Assembly: GCA_965222225.1 (NCBI GenBank)
Contig: CBDCTK010000002.1
Coordinates: 3,424,001-3,488,000 of the forward strand
DNA length: 64,000 nucleotides
Origin: Candidatus Poribacteria bacterium
Lineage (GTDB): Bacteria; Poribacteria; WGA-4E; JAJDTR01
Reading direction: 5' to 3'
The notes beneath the pieces were generated by a model. It ran no database searches and was not told where the DNA came from. It saw only the letters and a program-made list of their open reading frames with translations. Position numbers and translations under genes: made by a program. Shown here one piece after another: positions 10,089-20,007 of the stretch; within the stretch, counting starts at the first letter, position 1; every line of letters starts with the position of its first letter.

Positions 10089-11372
10089 ATGAACATCACC
10101 CAATTCTCAATCGAAGAGGTACGCTGTTTGGCCGAACGCCAAAATTTTGAGATTCGCCCCTTGACGTTCTTGGTCGGCGAAAACAGCACCGGCAAAACAA
10201 CAGCATTGGGGTGTTTCCAAGCATTGGCAAACTGTTTTACTGAGGGGGTAGTGGATTTTAATCGTTCCCCGTATTCAATGGGGAATTTTGAGGATGTTGT
10301 TAGAAATAGCAGGAAAAAAGGAAAGACTTTCAAACTTGGGTTTAATTTTGAACACGGAAAGGAAAACGTCGAATGGATCCTTGAATTCGTTGAGCAGAAG
10401 GGGAAACTTGAACCTGCTGTCGATGCGGCGTCACTGAGATTCAGTGATGGTAAAATCGTTTGCATTCCGGATTTTGGACTGGAGCTGGATACACATGTAG
10501 CCGACTTTGATGGAGAAAAAAATCAGTATCATATTGTTCATGGCTATGATTTGGTGAGTGAATTTCCGCCTTCTGCTTTTCTTCGCTATATTATGTCTGG
10601 AGCCGAATCTGAAGACGAGAAGGCTTTACAAAAGTATTTGAAGACAAAGCCTACGGCTCTATGGCGCGATAAACCTATACTCGTGTTTAGTATCGCGCCT
10701 ATTCGATCGCACCCAAAACAGTCCTATAATGCGACAGAGGTATCTGATGACCCTGAGGGGAGCGATGTACCGATGCAGTTGATGGAGAGAAAAACGACTA
10801 AAGAAAAGGAATGGGAGGCCTTGAAGCAGCAGTTGGTCAAATTTGGGAAGAGTTCGGGACTGTTTCAGAACATAGAGATTGTAAATCTAAGGTCACCCGA
10901 GGCTTCATTCCAACTAAGAATCAAGGTGAGGGGGCCCAACGCCAGTATCATTGATGTCGGCTACGGCATTAGTCAAATTCTGCCGATTCTGGTGCAGATT
11001 CTTGACCCGCCGAGTTCTCGTGGACCCGTAACAGAGATGCCCTTCTTCCTACTACAACAGCCTGAAATCCATTTGCATCCCAAAGCACAAGCCGAACTTT
11101 CTACTCTAATAGCGAAATTGGCGGGCGAGCATAAGAGGGCATTCATCGTTGAAACACATAGCGACTACATGATTGACCGCGCACGGATCGAAATCAGGAA
11201 AGGCACTATTCGTCCCGAGGATGTATCATTGATATATTTGGAGCCAAAGGGACGAGTTGTCAAGGTACACAATATCAGTTTTGACAAGACTGGAGATATG
11301 ATTTCCATACCGAATTCGTATCGAGAATTCTTCATGAAGGAAGTTACCCACCTCATGGGTTTTGAGGGCTAA
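10089..11372 (+). CDS. ABC-type ATPase (AAA_15/AAA_21, DUF3696-like C-terminus)
   Basis: Walker A GENSTGKT, VGYGISQ signature, QQPEIHLHP, VETHS. Confidence 0.85.
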   Translation: MNITQFSIEEVRCLAERQNFEIRPLTFLVGENSTGKTTALGCFQALANCFTEGVVDFNRSPYSMGNFEDVVRNSRKKGKTFKLGFNFEHGKENVEWILEFVEQKGKLEPAVDAASLRFSDGKIVCIPDFGLELDTHVADFDGEKNQYHIVHGYDLVSEFPPSAFLRYIMSGAESEDEKALQKYLKTKPTALWRDKPILVFSIAPIRSHPKQSYNATEVSDDPEGSDVPMQLMERKTTKEKEWEALKQQLVKFGKSSGLFQNIEIVNLRSPEASFQLRIKVRGPNASIIDVGYGISQILPILVQILDPPSSRGPVTEMPFFLLQQPEIHLHPKAQAELSTLIAKLAGEHKRAFIVETHSDYMIDRARIEIRKGTIRPEDVSLIYLEPKGRVVKVHNISFDKTGDMISIPNSYREFFMKEVTHLMGFEG

Positions 11373-11374
11373 CT

Positions 11375-11799
11375 ATGTGTATTATTTTGGATGCCAATAT
11401 GTTGAGCAGATTCAAGAAACGCGCCGATGAGGACATAAAGCCTGTGTGGGACTGGGTATATAACAGAAATGGAAAGATAGCTTACTCTACCACTGAGAAG
11501 TTTAAAGAAGAATGGACAAAGGGAGGAGGAGACAATGTGCTGAAAGAACTGCAAACGAATAAAAAACTCAAACCAGTGTCGGCTCAAGATGTATTAGAGA
11601 ACAAAACGAACTGGAGGGACAAATAAAATCAAATGACCCGCATATTATCGCGTTAGCCATCGTTGCAAACGTAAAGGTATTAGTTTCCGAAGACGGAACA
11701 TTGATAAACGACTTTACCAATCGCAATCTGGTGGTTCGAGGCAGAGTCTATCGGAGGGCGGAACATGCGCATTTACTGACTAGCGTTCGTTGTCCTTAA
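11375..11799 (+). pseudogene. PIN-domain protein with a single-base frameshift near 11600
   Basis: MCIILDAN...; the shifted frame continues QNELEGQIKSNDPHIIALAIVANVKVLVSED...CP*; adding one A gives 141 aa. Confidence 0.75.
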
Positions 11800-11852
11800 C
11801 TGGCTGAGGCGTTCCCTCATTCTCAATCACTGGACGTATAACACAAGTAATC

Positions 11853-14540
11853 ATGGCACTACACCCAAACTTCCCTCAGTCCCCGCACGCAATTAGCGAC
11901 CCCTCGGTGCGCTGGTTCCCAGCCGACGAAGAACTGCGGGACACCGGCTACGGAAAACTCATTCCCCCACTCGTCCACAAAATCCGCGAAAAGGTCAAAA
12001 CGTGGCGAGAGGCCGGCTACGGAGAAGCTGCCGAAACCAGCAAATCCCTTCTCAACTGGTGGTTTAACACTCCCCATCTCATGGAAGGCGCCGATGGCGA
12101 AACCAGCGGATTCCAATACTACTTCGCCCAGAGAGAGGCGTTGGAGACCGTAATCTACCTGTACGATGTCATTAGGGTACAGGACAAATACGACTTAATG
12201 CGATTTGACAGTTCAGGCGCAATCTCAACCGGCATGTTTGATGAAGATTGGCGCCGGTTCGTGCTGAAGATGGCAACCGGCACCGGCAAAACAAAGGTGA
12301 TGGGCCTTGTCGTCGCTTGGAGTTTCTTTCACAAACTCTACGAACCCGACTCCGACCTGTCGCGCAACTTTCTGGTCATCGCTCCCAACATCATTGTGCT
12401 TGACCGTATCTATCACGATTTTCAAGGGCTACGCGTTTTCTTTGGCGACCCCGTGTTGCCCGACAACGGTTTTGACGGTCACAACTGGCGTGACGATTTC
12501 CAACTGACCCTGCATCGACAGGACGAAGTGCGCGTCTCCCGTGCCACCGGCAACATCTTTCTTACCAATATCCATCGGGTCTATTCTAGCGACCAAGCCC
12601 CGCCGTCCCCCGATGACGAAAACACGATGGACTACTTTCTCGGCAAACGACCCACGGGGGCAACCACGGATTCAAAGGTAGACGTAGGGGATATTGTCCG
12701 GGAGGTGGACGAACTCATGGTACTGAACGATGAAGCGCATCATATCCATGACCCGAGATTAGCATGGTTCAAATCCATTGAGGACATTCATAACCGCCTA
12801 CTGCAGAAAGGCGGCAAGCTATCGTTGCAAGTAGATGTCACCGCCACGCCCAAACACAACAACGGAGCGATCTTTGTCCAGACGGTGGCGGATTATCCGC
12901 TCGTGGAAGCCATCTCCCAAAATGTTGTCAAACACCCCGTGCTGCCCGATGCGCCGAGTCGAGCCAAGTTGGAGGAGCGGCAAAGCGCGAAGTACACCGA
13001 GAAATATGCGGACTACCTCGAACTTGGCGTCATCGAGTGGCGCAAAGCCTATGCGGAACATGAAAAACTGGGTAAGAAAGCCATTCTATTTGTAATGACC
13101 GACGATACCCGAAACTGCGATGAGGTCGCCGAATATCTCGAAAGCCGTTATCCCGAACTGAAAGATGCCGTCTTGGTGATTCACACACAGAGGAATGGCG
13201 AAATTTCTGAGGCAACTTCGGGCAAGAAGAAAGAGGAGTTGGGCGAACTGCGTAAACAGGCGAATGAAATTGATTCGATGGGGAGCCCCTACAAGGCGAT
13301 CGTATCGGTGCTGATGCTCAAGGAGGGATGGGATGTCAGGAATGTGACCACCATTGTCGGCTTACGCGCCTACTCCGCCAAGAGCAACATCCTGCCGGAA
13401 CAGACCTTGGGACGCGGGCTGCGCCGCATGTACGGCGAGGAAGTGAAGGAGTCAGTCAGCGTCATCGGCACCAACGCTTTCATGGAATTTGTCGAGTCTA
13501 TCCAAGCGGAAGGAGTTGAATTGGAACGCCAAGCCATGGGCGAGGGCACTGGCCCCAAAACACCGCTGGTGATTGAAGTGGACAAAGACAACCCCAGCAA
13601 AGACATTGACGCTCTAGATATCAGTATTCCTAAACTAACCGGGCGTGTTTATCGGGAATACAAGAATCTGTCCGAACTTGATGTGACGCGCTTCGATTTT
13701 ACCCCTGTGACCTATCGGGAGTTTAGCGAAGAAGAGCAACGGGAGATTGTTTTTAAGGACATGACGACGGGTGAGACGACGCATACCACACAGATGGATA
13801 GTGCCGGCATCGCGGATTATCGGAGTGTGATTGCCTACTTCGCACAGACTATCATGAAAGAGTTACGACTGGTCGGTGGCTACGACGCCCTATACCCCAA
13901 GGTACAAAGTTTCATTGAGAGCCACTTGTTCGGCAGATCGGTGGCGTTGGAAGACCCAAATACCTTACGCAATCTGTCAGAGGTTGCGGCAACAAAAACC
14001 GTATTCGATACCTTCAAGCGAGCGATTAACGACCTCGCAGTTCGGGACAAGGGTGACACAAAGATTAGCGATACTATCAAGCTGCGAAGTACGCGCCCCT
14101 TCGTGGTCAAAGACCAGCGGTACGTAGTGTCGAAAAAGTCCGTGTTCAACAGAATCACGGGCGATAATCAACTAGAACGCGACTTCGCCACTTTCTTGGA
14201 AAACTGCCCCGATGTCCTTTCCTACGCCAAGAACTACTTCGCGGTAAATTTCAAGCTTGATTATGTCAACGCCGATGGTGATATTTCCAACTACTACCCG
14301 GATTTCATAGTTAAACTCGCAGATGGCAGTGTAATCATCGCCGAGACAAAAGGTAGAGAAGATACCGATGTGGCACCAAAAATGCGCAGACTCGCCCAGT
14401 GGTGCGAAGATGTCAACAAAATTCACCACGAAGTTTCTTATGACTTTGTCTACGTTGACGAGGACAGCTTTCGGACGTACAACCCACACACATTTCAACA
14501 ACTGCTGGAGGGATTCACCGAATACAAAACCCGCGACTGA
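11853..14540 (+). CDS. res: Type III restriction enzyme Res subunit (SF2 helicase + PD-(D/E)XK nuclease)
   Basis: MATGTGKT, DEAH, TATP, LKEGWDV, QTLGRGLR, YYPDF..AETKG. Confidence 0.9.
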   Translation: MALHPNFPQSPHAISDPSVRWFPADEELRDTGYGKLIPPLVHKIREKVKTWREAGYGEAAETSKSLLNWWFNTPHLMEGADGETSGFQYYFAQREALETVIYLYDVIRVQDKYDLMRFDSSGAISTGMFDEDWRRFVLKMATGTGKTKVMGLVVAWSFFHKLYEPDSDLSRNFLVIAPNIIVLDRIYHDFQGLRVFFGDPVLPDNGFDGHNWRDDFQLTLHRQDEVRVSRATGNIFLTNIHRVYSSDQAPPSPDDENTMDYFLGKRPTGATTDSKVDVGDIVREVDELMVLNDEAHHIHDPRLAWFKSIEDIHNRLLQKGGKLSLQVDVTATPKHNNGAIFVQTVADYPLVEAISQNVVKHPVLPDAPSRAKLEERQSAKYTEKYADYLELGVIEWRKAYAEHEKLGKKAILFVMTDDTRNCDEVAEYLESRYPELKDAVLVIHTQRNGEISEATSGKKKEELGELRKQANEIDSMGSPYKAIVSVLMLKEGWDVRNVTTIVGLRAYSAKSNILPEQTLGRGLRRMYGEEVKESVSVIGTNAFMEFVESIQAEGVELERQAMGEGTGPKTPLVIEVDKDNPSKDIDALDISIPKLTGRVYREYKNLSELDVTRFDFTPVTYREFSEEEQREIVFKDMTTGETTHTTQMDSAGIADYRSVIAYFAQTIMKELRLVGGYDALYPKVQSFIESHLFGRSVALEDPNTLRNLSEVAATKTVFDTFKRAINDLAVRDKGDTKISDTIKLRSTRPFVVKDQRYVVSKKSVFNRITGDNQLERDFATFLENCPDVLSYAKNYFAVNFKLDYVNADGDISNYYPDFIVKLADGSVIIAETKGREDTDVAPKMRRLAQWCEDVNKIHHEVSYDFVYVDEDSFRTYNPHTFQQLLEGFTEYKTRD

Positions 14541-14683
14541 ATCCTGTTTATAGGACTTACGCATTTCGGTTTGTAGTTGCCCGAATCTGTAACTGTTTAG
14601 TTGAGTTCATAGAAGTGAGAAAAGGGGCCGCATGTTGTAGAGTACGCACCTCGCAGCAAACGTGTCGGCGTTAGGTCTGGTTC

Positions 14684-14705
14684 GTAGTAGTGCAATTCAT
14701 TGCAC
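14684..14705 (+). repeat. GTAG REP-like palindrome
   Basis: GTAGTA GTGCAAT TC ATTGCAC; related GCGCAGTTCATTGCGC near 8679. Confidence 0.65.
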
Positions 14706-14772
14706 GTCCCAAGCAGGCATGTAATATCCCGATTCATCTAGTTCTGTCAACCGCTAGCGCAACAAGCATATT

Positions 14773-14808
14773 AATCCGTGCAATCCGCGTAATCCATTTA
14801 ATCCGCGA
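14773..14808. repeat. AATCC 9-nt-period tandem repeat, 4 units
   Basis: AATCCGTGC AATCCGCGT AATCCATTT AATCCGCGA. Confidence 0.7.
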
Positions 14809-14893
14809 TTCAGACAGTGTTTGCGTAAATCCTAGTTTGTATTAAAATGTGGCTTTCCCGACTGCTTGGCTGCGAGTGCTTGCGTTTCTTAGA

Positions 14894-14922
14894 TTGACAG
14901 CGTAACACATGTATAGTATAAT
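14894..14922 (+). promoter_or_regulatory. Perfect-consensus sigma70 promoter
   Basis: TTGACA-17 nt-TATAAT, 76 nt upstream of the antitoxin ATG. Confidence 0.75.
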
Positions 14923-14998
14923 TTGACAGGAACATGAGTTTATTGCCAAAATCATAATTATACGCTTTCTCCGTAAGTCCCGGATAATAGAGGAACCG

Positions 14999-15283
14999 AT
15001 GAATCATACAAATATGCCACAGACTGATTCAATTCAAGAACTCGCTCATTTCTGGGACACACATGACTTAACGGATGTCGAGGACGAACTTGAAGAAGTG
15101 AGTGCCCCGGTTTTTGAACGTAAAACTATGGTCATTGTTCGCTTAGAAGTTGCCCTTCGTTTAGAACCCGAAGAATCTGAGGTTGTCCAAGCGCTTGCCA
15201 ATTCGCGTGGAATCTCTCCTGCGAATCTGATTCGGGAATGGGTAATCGAACGCATTGAGGCATCGTCAGAACCGACAACTTAA
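14999..15283 (+). CDS. CopG/BrnA-type antitoxin (orphan)
   Basis: ELAHFWDTHDLTD motif and C-terminal RHH-like LANSRGISPANLIREWVIE. Confidence 0.75.
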   Translation: MNHTNMPQTDSIQELAHFWDTHDLTDVEDELEEVSAPVFERKTMVIVRLEVALRLEPEESEVVQALANSRGISPANLIREWVIERIEASSEPTT

Positions 15284-15417
15284 CGTTTGTGACAATCAGA
15301 TGTTAATCCGCTGTTGCTAGATGGCACGAATCTGCGTTATATTATTTTGAACCTACCGGTGTGTGATACCGCGACAACTATGCCGGTACAATTGAATTTT
15401 AGTTTAAGAAGGATACT

Positions 15418-15885
15418 ATGAATATAGAATCGTATTTAACCGATAGAGTTGACGACCAGATAAAATACTTCGACCTGAACGCCATTCGGAACCAGAGAAT
15501 ATACAGGTTTTTGAGGATGACCGCAATCTCGTGCAATGTTCTCACCGCCTTGGCAATCGCGTTGACATTCGCTGCGCCAGCGTTATACAAGGTATATGTC
15601 GGGCTTGCGGCATTGGGGCTCACGCTGATTGTCCTTGCCACATACCAGATCGAAGAGTTCTACAATTTCGGCGCCAAGTGGCAAAAGTTCCGTATAGTTG
15701 GCGAACTGGTAAAGTCTGAAAAGTACATATTTTTGAATGGCGCGGGGGTGTATTCCTCCGGTGATATGGAGCAGCGGAAACGGTTATTCGTCAAGAAGGT
15801 TGAGGACATCTTTCGCGGTACAGATATGTCATACTTTTCATTGATGGTAGAGCCGGGCAAGGGACTGGAAAGGCGCTCGTCATAG
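15418..15885 (+). CDS. DUF4231 / SLATT-like two-TM protein
   Basis: YLTDRVDDQIKYFD, two hydrophobic helices, WQKFR..ELVKSEKY. Confidence 0.8.
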   Translation: MNIESYLTDRVDDQIKYFDLNAIRNQRIYRFLRMTAISCNVLTALAIALTFAAPALYKVYVGLAALGLTLIVLATYQIEEFYNFGAKWQKFRIVGELVKSEKYIFLNGAGVYSSGDMEQRKRLFVKKVEDIFRGTDMSYFSLMVEPGKGLERRSS

Positions 15886-15926
15886 TGTCAAGCAGCATAA
15901 GATGCTAAGAAGATTCTGTATGCTTT

Positions 15927-16028
15927 GAAACCGATCAAGCGACCGAATAGGATCAAACGAGTGAATAACGAGTGCGATAGTGATTCCCGCGCGATAGAAA
16001 CCCCTTTTTTTCCTGAAAACTCGGTTTC
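15927..16028 (+). repeat. GAAACCGAG-type palindrome holding nested GA-hairpin units (outer 15934-16004, inner 15952-15988)
   Basis: GAAACCG[...]TTTTTTTCCTGAAAACTCGGTTTC; clean palindrome at 35869. Confidence 0.88.
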
Positions 16029-16207
16029 TGCAAGCCGTCATTCCCGTGGGATGCGATCGGCAATCGTCAAATTCCTATCCCATTTATCTTCTTCTCAGTC
16101 CAAATTGAGAAAAAACGAATTCGAAAAGCACCATGTCTTAACTGATTACTGCCTTTACGATGCTGCCCACGCGTCGCAATACAATCTAAAATAAACAAAA
16201 TATCACC

Positions 16208-18463
16208 ATGCCACGACTCACTGAACAAGAACAACAAGAAATTCTCCGTTTCATTGAGGCGGACAAACCTCTCCCCGAGAAGTATCGCTTTCTGCTATTC
16301 GAGGACAAACGCGAGGTGGAGTTAGTCTGGAATAGCAAGACCAACGAAGTCTGCAACATCGTCCTCCCCTTTCAGTCAATTGAACTCGTGGATGAACCTC
16401 GCGCCGAAAAACCTGACGACACCAGTCCGTGGCTAGAGTTGTTCGATGAGCGCGGACGCCAACTCAAGGGCTGGACGAACAAACTGATTTGGGGCGACAA
16501 CAAGTTGATTCTGTCCTCGCTTAAGAATGGTCCCCTGCGCGAGGAGATTGAAGCCGAGGGTGGACTCAAGTTAATCTATATCGATCCCCCTTTTGACGTG
16601 GGCGCGGACTTTTCCATGAACATTGAAATTGGCGAAGACACCTTTACGAAAAAACCGAACATCCTTGAAGAGATTGCCTACCGTGACACTTGGGGCAAGG
16701 GATCGGATTCATTCATTGCTATGATTTACGAGCGCGTGGTGCTAATGAGGGATTTGCTAGCAGAGGACGGAAGTATTTACGTGCATTGTGACTGGAGAAT
16801 GATCGGTTATTTGCGACTAGTTGTCGATGAAGTCTTCGGACATGACCATTTCCAAAACATAATCACTTGGCGTAGAGGCCCTCAAAAATCACATGGATTA
16901 GGTTATGGACACAACGCCGACTATATAATTTACGGAACGAAAACGGATCGATTTGTCTGGAATATACAAACCGGTGAGTTGTCAGGTGAATACTTAGAAT
17001 CCTTCAAAGAAGATGAGTATGGAAAGTATGTTACCACCCCCCTTCACAGTGGTCGTCCACCAAAAATTGTACCAGAATGGCGAGGAGTTAAACCACCCTC
17101 AGGAAGGGGCTGGGCATACACAATTGAGACACTTGAGCATTTTGATAAAGAAGGCAAAGTTGAGTGGAGCAAGAATGGTATTCCCCGGTTAAAGCGTTAC
17201 TTAAGCGAGATAAAAGGTGCGGCAGTTCAAGAAATATGGACAGATATTAAACCACTATTAGCAAAGTCCTCATCACACGTCGGATACCCCACGCAAAAAC
17301 CGGAAGCCCTGATCGAACGCATCATCAAAGCATCGTCAAACGAAGGCGATCTCATTGCCGACTTCTTCTGCGGCTCCGGCACCACTGCCGCCGTTGCCGA
17401 AAAACTCGGGCGAAAGTGGATTGCCACAGACCTCGGTAAGTTCGCTATCCACACCACGCGTAAACGAATGATCGGCGTCCAACGTCAACTGAAAACCGAT
17501 GGCAAAGACTACCGTGCCTTTGAGATTCTCAACCTCGGCAAATACGAGCGCCAACACTATATCGGCGTCAATCCAAACCTGCGCGAGGTCGAACAGCAAA
17601 GGCAATTGGAGGAAAGAGAAAAGGAATTTATCAGCCTCATTCTGCGCGCCTATTCCGCCGAGAAAACCGACGGTTTCGCCGCCTTCCAAGGCGTGCGAGC
17701 CGGGCGGCTGGTGGCGGTCGGTCCCGTCAACCTGCCGGTCACCCGCCTGTACGTGGAGGAAATCATCCTCGAATGCCGCAAACATCGAATCACCCGTGTG
17801 GATATCCTCGGCTTTGAGTTTGAGATGGGGCTGTTCCCCAACGTGCTGGATGAGGCGAAAAACAAAGGCATTGACATCGCGCCAAAATACATCCCCGCCG
17901 AGGTGTTCGACAAACGGGCAGTGGAGCGTAATCAAGTGGTGTTCCACGACGTGGCGTTTATCGAAGTCAAACCGCATATTCACGCTCCGAGCAAAGCAAG
18001 TGCACTGCCAACCGTAGCCGTCGAATTGACCAATTTTTCCGTCTTCTACTCACAAGACTCCATCGCCCACGCCGAGCAGTCGCTCAGAACGAGGGGCAGC
18101 CGCATCGCCGTCGAAAAAGGGCAGATTGTCAAGGTGAGTCGAGATGCCAACGGCGTCTACACCCGCGAGGTGTTGACCAAGCATTGGACTGACTGGATTG
18201 ATTACTGGTCCGTAGATTTTGACTTCGAGAGCAAACGTGAAATTATCCGCGTCCAAGAGCCTGAGACCGGAGAGTGGGAGGAGCAGTGGACAGGCGACTA
18301 CATCTTTGAAAACGAGTGGCAGAGCTTCCGCACAAAAAAAGACCGCTCATTGGAGTTGACCAGCGTCGCTCACGAGTGCATTCCCGGCCGCCGCAAACTC
18401 GCTGTCAAGGTGGTTGACATCTTCGGTAACGACACAATGACGGTTCTGGAGGTGTCGGTGTGA
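16208..18463 (+). CDS. mod: Type III R-M Mod subunit, adenine DNA methyltransferase (beta class)
   Basis: IYIDPPF, YPTQKPE, DFFCGSGTT, C-terminal VKVVDIFGND. Confidence 0.9.
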   Translation: MPRLTEQEQQEILRFIEADKPLPEKYRFLLFEDKREVELVWNSKTNEVCNIVLPFQSIELVDEPRAEKPDDTSPWLELFDERGRQLKGWTNKLIWGDNKLILSSLKNGPLREEIEAEGGLKLIYIDPPFDVGADFSMNIEIGEDTFTKKPNILEEIAYRDTWGKGSDSFIAMIYERVVLMRDLLAEDGSIYVHCDWRMIGYLRLVVDEVFGHDHFQNIITWRRGPQKSHGLGYGHNADYIIYGTKTDRFVWNIQTGELSGEYLESFKEDEYGKYVTTPLHSGRPPKIVPEWRGVKPPSGRGWAYTIETLEHFDKEGKVEWSKNGIPRLKRYLSEIKGAAVQEIWTDIKPLLAKSSSHVGYPTQKPEALIERIIKASSNEGDLIADFFCGSGTTAAVAEKLGRKWIATDLGKFAIHTTRKRMIGVQRQLKTDGKDYRAFEILNLGKYERQHYIGVNPNLREVEQQRQLEEREKEFISLILRAYSAEKTDGFAAFQGVRAGRLVAVGPVNLPVTRLYVEEIILECRKHRITRVDILGFEFEMGLFPNVLDEAKNKGIDIAPKYIPAEVFDKRAVERNQVVFHDVAFIEVKPHIHAPSKASALPTVAVELTNFSVFYSQDSIAHAEQSLRTRGSRIAVEKGQIVKVSRDANGVYTREVLTKHWTDWIDYWSVDFDFESKREIIRVQEPETGEWEEQWTGDYIFENEWQSFRTKKDRSLELTSVAHECIPGRRKLAVKVVDIFGNDTMTVLEVSV

Positions 18464-20007
18464 GAATTAGAAACATATACTTGACAAATTTTAAGCGGTT
18501 TACTGACCTAACCATTGAAGACATTCCCGATACGGCTAAACTCGTTATTTTGGTTGGCCCTAGTGGCAGTGGAAAATCGTCCCTGTTTGACGCTATAAAT
18601 GCTTGGGGCAAGGATTACAACTCCAGCCGCTATGACCCTGAATATTATAGAAAAGATGGCCAACAAGCAACTTCCCGCCAGGGCTATCGGTTCAACAATC
18701 TCGGCGTAAGAATCGATGCCGTTGATTGTCCCTCAAACTTGGGAGAAGCTTGTTATGTTCGTACGGCATACCGGCATACGTCCAAATTTAGCGTCTCGCA
18801 GATGACAAAAATTGACGAAAGCGAATACTGGCGACTTGACACGGGGCGTAACTTATCCGAACCCGATCAGGAAGTAGAACGAAATTATCACAGGGTGTAT
18901 GCACAAATAATGAGAGAGGTTTTTCAACAAGAAAAGCGTACTAATTTCCAAATCAGGGAAAACGTTATTGGCCAAGTTCGCGATTCCTTGCAGTCAATTT
19001 TTTCTGACGTTCGGCTGCATTCTCTCGACGATTCTGAAGGACAAATCACATTTTATTTTGAGAAGGGAGAGGCAAAAAGATACAACTATGTCAATTTATC
19101 AGGCGGAGAGAAAGCGGCTTTCGATCTACTTCTAGACTTTATCGTCAGAAAGGAATCTTACTCCAATGCAGTAATGTGTATTGACGAACCAGAAGTGCAT
19201 ATGGGATTGGGTGCCCAGAGCAGGTTGTTAGAAATTCTCTATGAGTTAATTCCTGAAAAGTCACAACTTTGGTTGGGAACACATTCCATTGGGATTTTGC
19301 GGGCATCGAAACGAATCTTAGAAGCAAATCCCGGGAAAGTTGTTTTCTTGGATTTTTCTGGACATGATTTTGACCAAACAGTCAAGATAAAGCCAGTGAC
19401 ATATCCTGACCGCAATTTGTGGACAGGACTTCATCATAGTGTCCTTGAGGATCTCTCTGGCTTGCTGGCCCCCGAAACAATTATTCTCTGCGAATCTACA
19501 CCCGGCGCTGGTTTCGATGCCCGTTGCTACAACAAGATTTTCGCAAAGAATTACCCTGATGCCCTATTTGTCTCGGCCGGAGGTAAGCCTGAGTTAGATA
19601 GGGTTATTCCAATACTCCAGGAAGTTATTCAGAAAGCGGAGATTTTCGCTCTGCGCGATCGAGATGACTTACTTGATGAAAAGCGTAATGAACTTATCAA
19701 GAAAGGTATCAGGGTTTTAACTCGCCGCAGTATAGAAGATTACCTCATTGATGATGAGATCCTAGCAAAATTTGCCGATGACAATAGCTTAAATGAAGGC
19801 CAATTGCAAACATTAAAAGACACCAACGGGGATAATGCTAAGGCAAGGTCCGGACAGATATATCAAAAAGTTAGGCAGTACGCGGTGCCCGTTGGAGAAA
19901 CGAAAGAGGAATTTCTTTCCGACGTAATTGCCCCTCTGTTCAGCGAAGAGATGGCTGTTTACCGAGAACTGGAAAAAGACATTTTTGAAGAGGTAGACCA
20001 TGCTTGA
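18460..20007 (+). CDS. ABC ATPase with C-terminal TOPRIM-like domain (OLD-family-like)
   Basis: GPSGSGKS, LSGGE, IDEPE, GTHS; ILCES ... RDRD ... SIEDYL. Confidence 0.75.
   Translation: MRIRNIYLTNFKRFTDLTIEDIPDTAKLVILVGPSGSGKSSLFDAINAWGKDYNSSRYDPEYYRKDGQQATSRQGYRFNNLGVRIDAVDCPSNLGEACYVRTAYRHTSKFSVSQMTKIDESEYWRLDTGRNLSEPDQEVERNYHRVYAQIMREVFQQEKRTNFQIRENVIGQVRDSLQSIFSDVRLHSLDDSEGQITFYFEKGEAKRYNYVNLSGGEKAAFDLLLDFIVRKESYSNAVMCIDEPEVHMGLGAQSRLLEILYELIPEKSQLWLGTHSIGILRASKRILEANPGKVVFLDFSGHDFDQTVKIKPVTYPDRNLWTGLHHSVLEDLSGLLAPETIILCESTPGAGFDARCYNKIFAKNYPDALFVSAGGKPELDRVIPILQEVIQKAEIFALRDRDDLLDEKRNELIKKGIRVLTRRSIEDYLIDDEILAKFADDNSLNEGQLQTLKDTNGDNAKARSGQIYQKVRQYAVPVGETKEEFLSDVIAPLFSEEMAVYRELEKDIFEEVDHA

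Larger units (their letters stand above)
14551..14834. mobile_element. MITE-like non-coding element with terminal inverted repeats
   Basis: TAGGACTTACGCA (14551-14563) / TGCGTAAATCCTA (14822-14834), 12/13 match with TA at both ends; contains a GTAG palindrome and AATCC repeats. Confidence 0.6.

Noticed and set aside
15925-16194. Small ORFs with NNECDSD/NNEGDRD-like peptides (also 43588-43803, 32406-32642, 8338-8754)
   Set aside because: They are translations of the hairpin unit; other copies have in-frame stops and no RBS.
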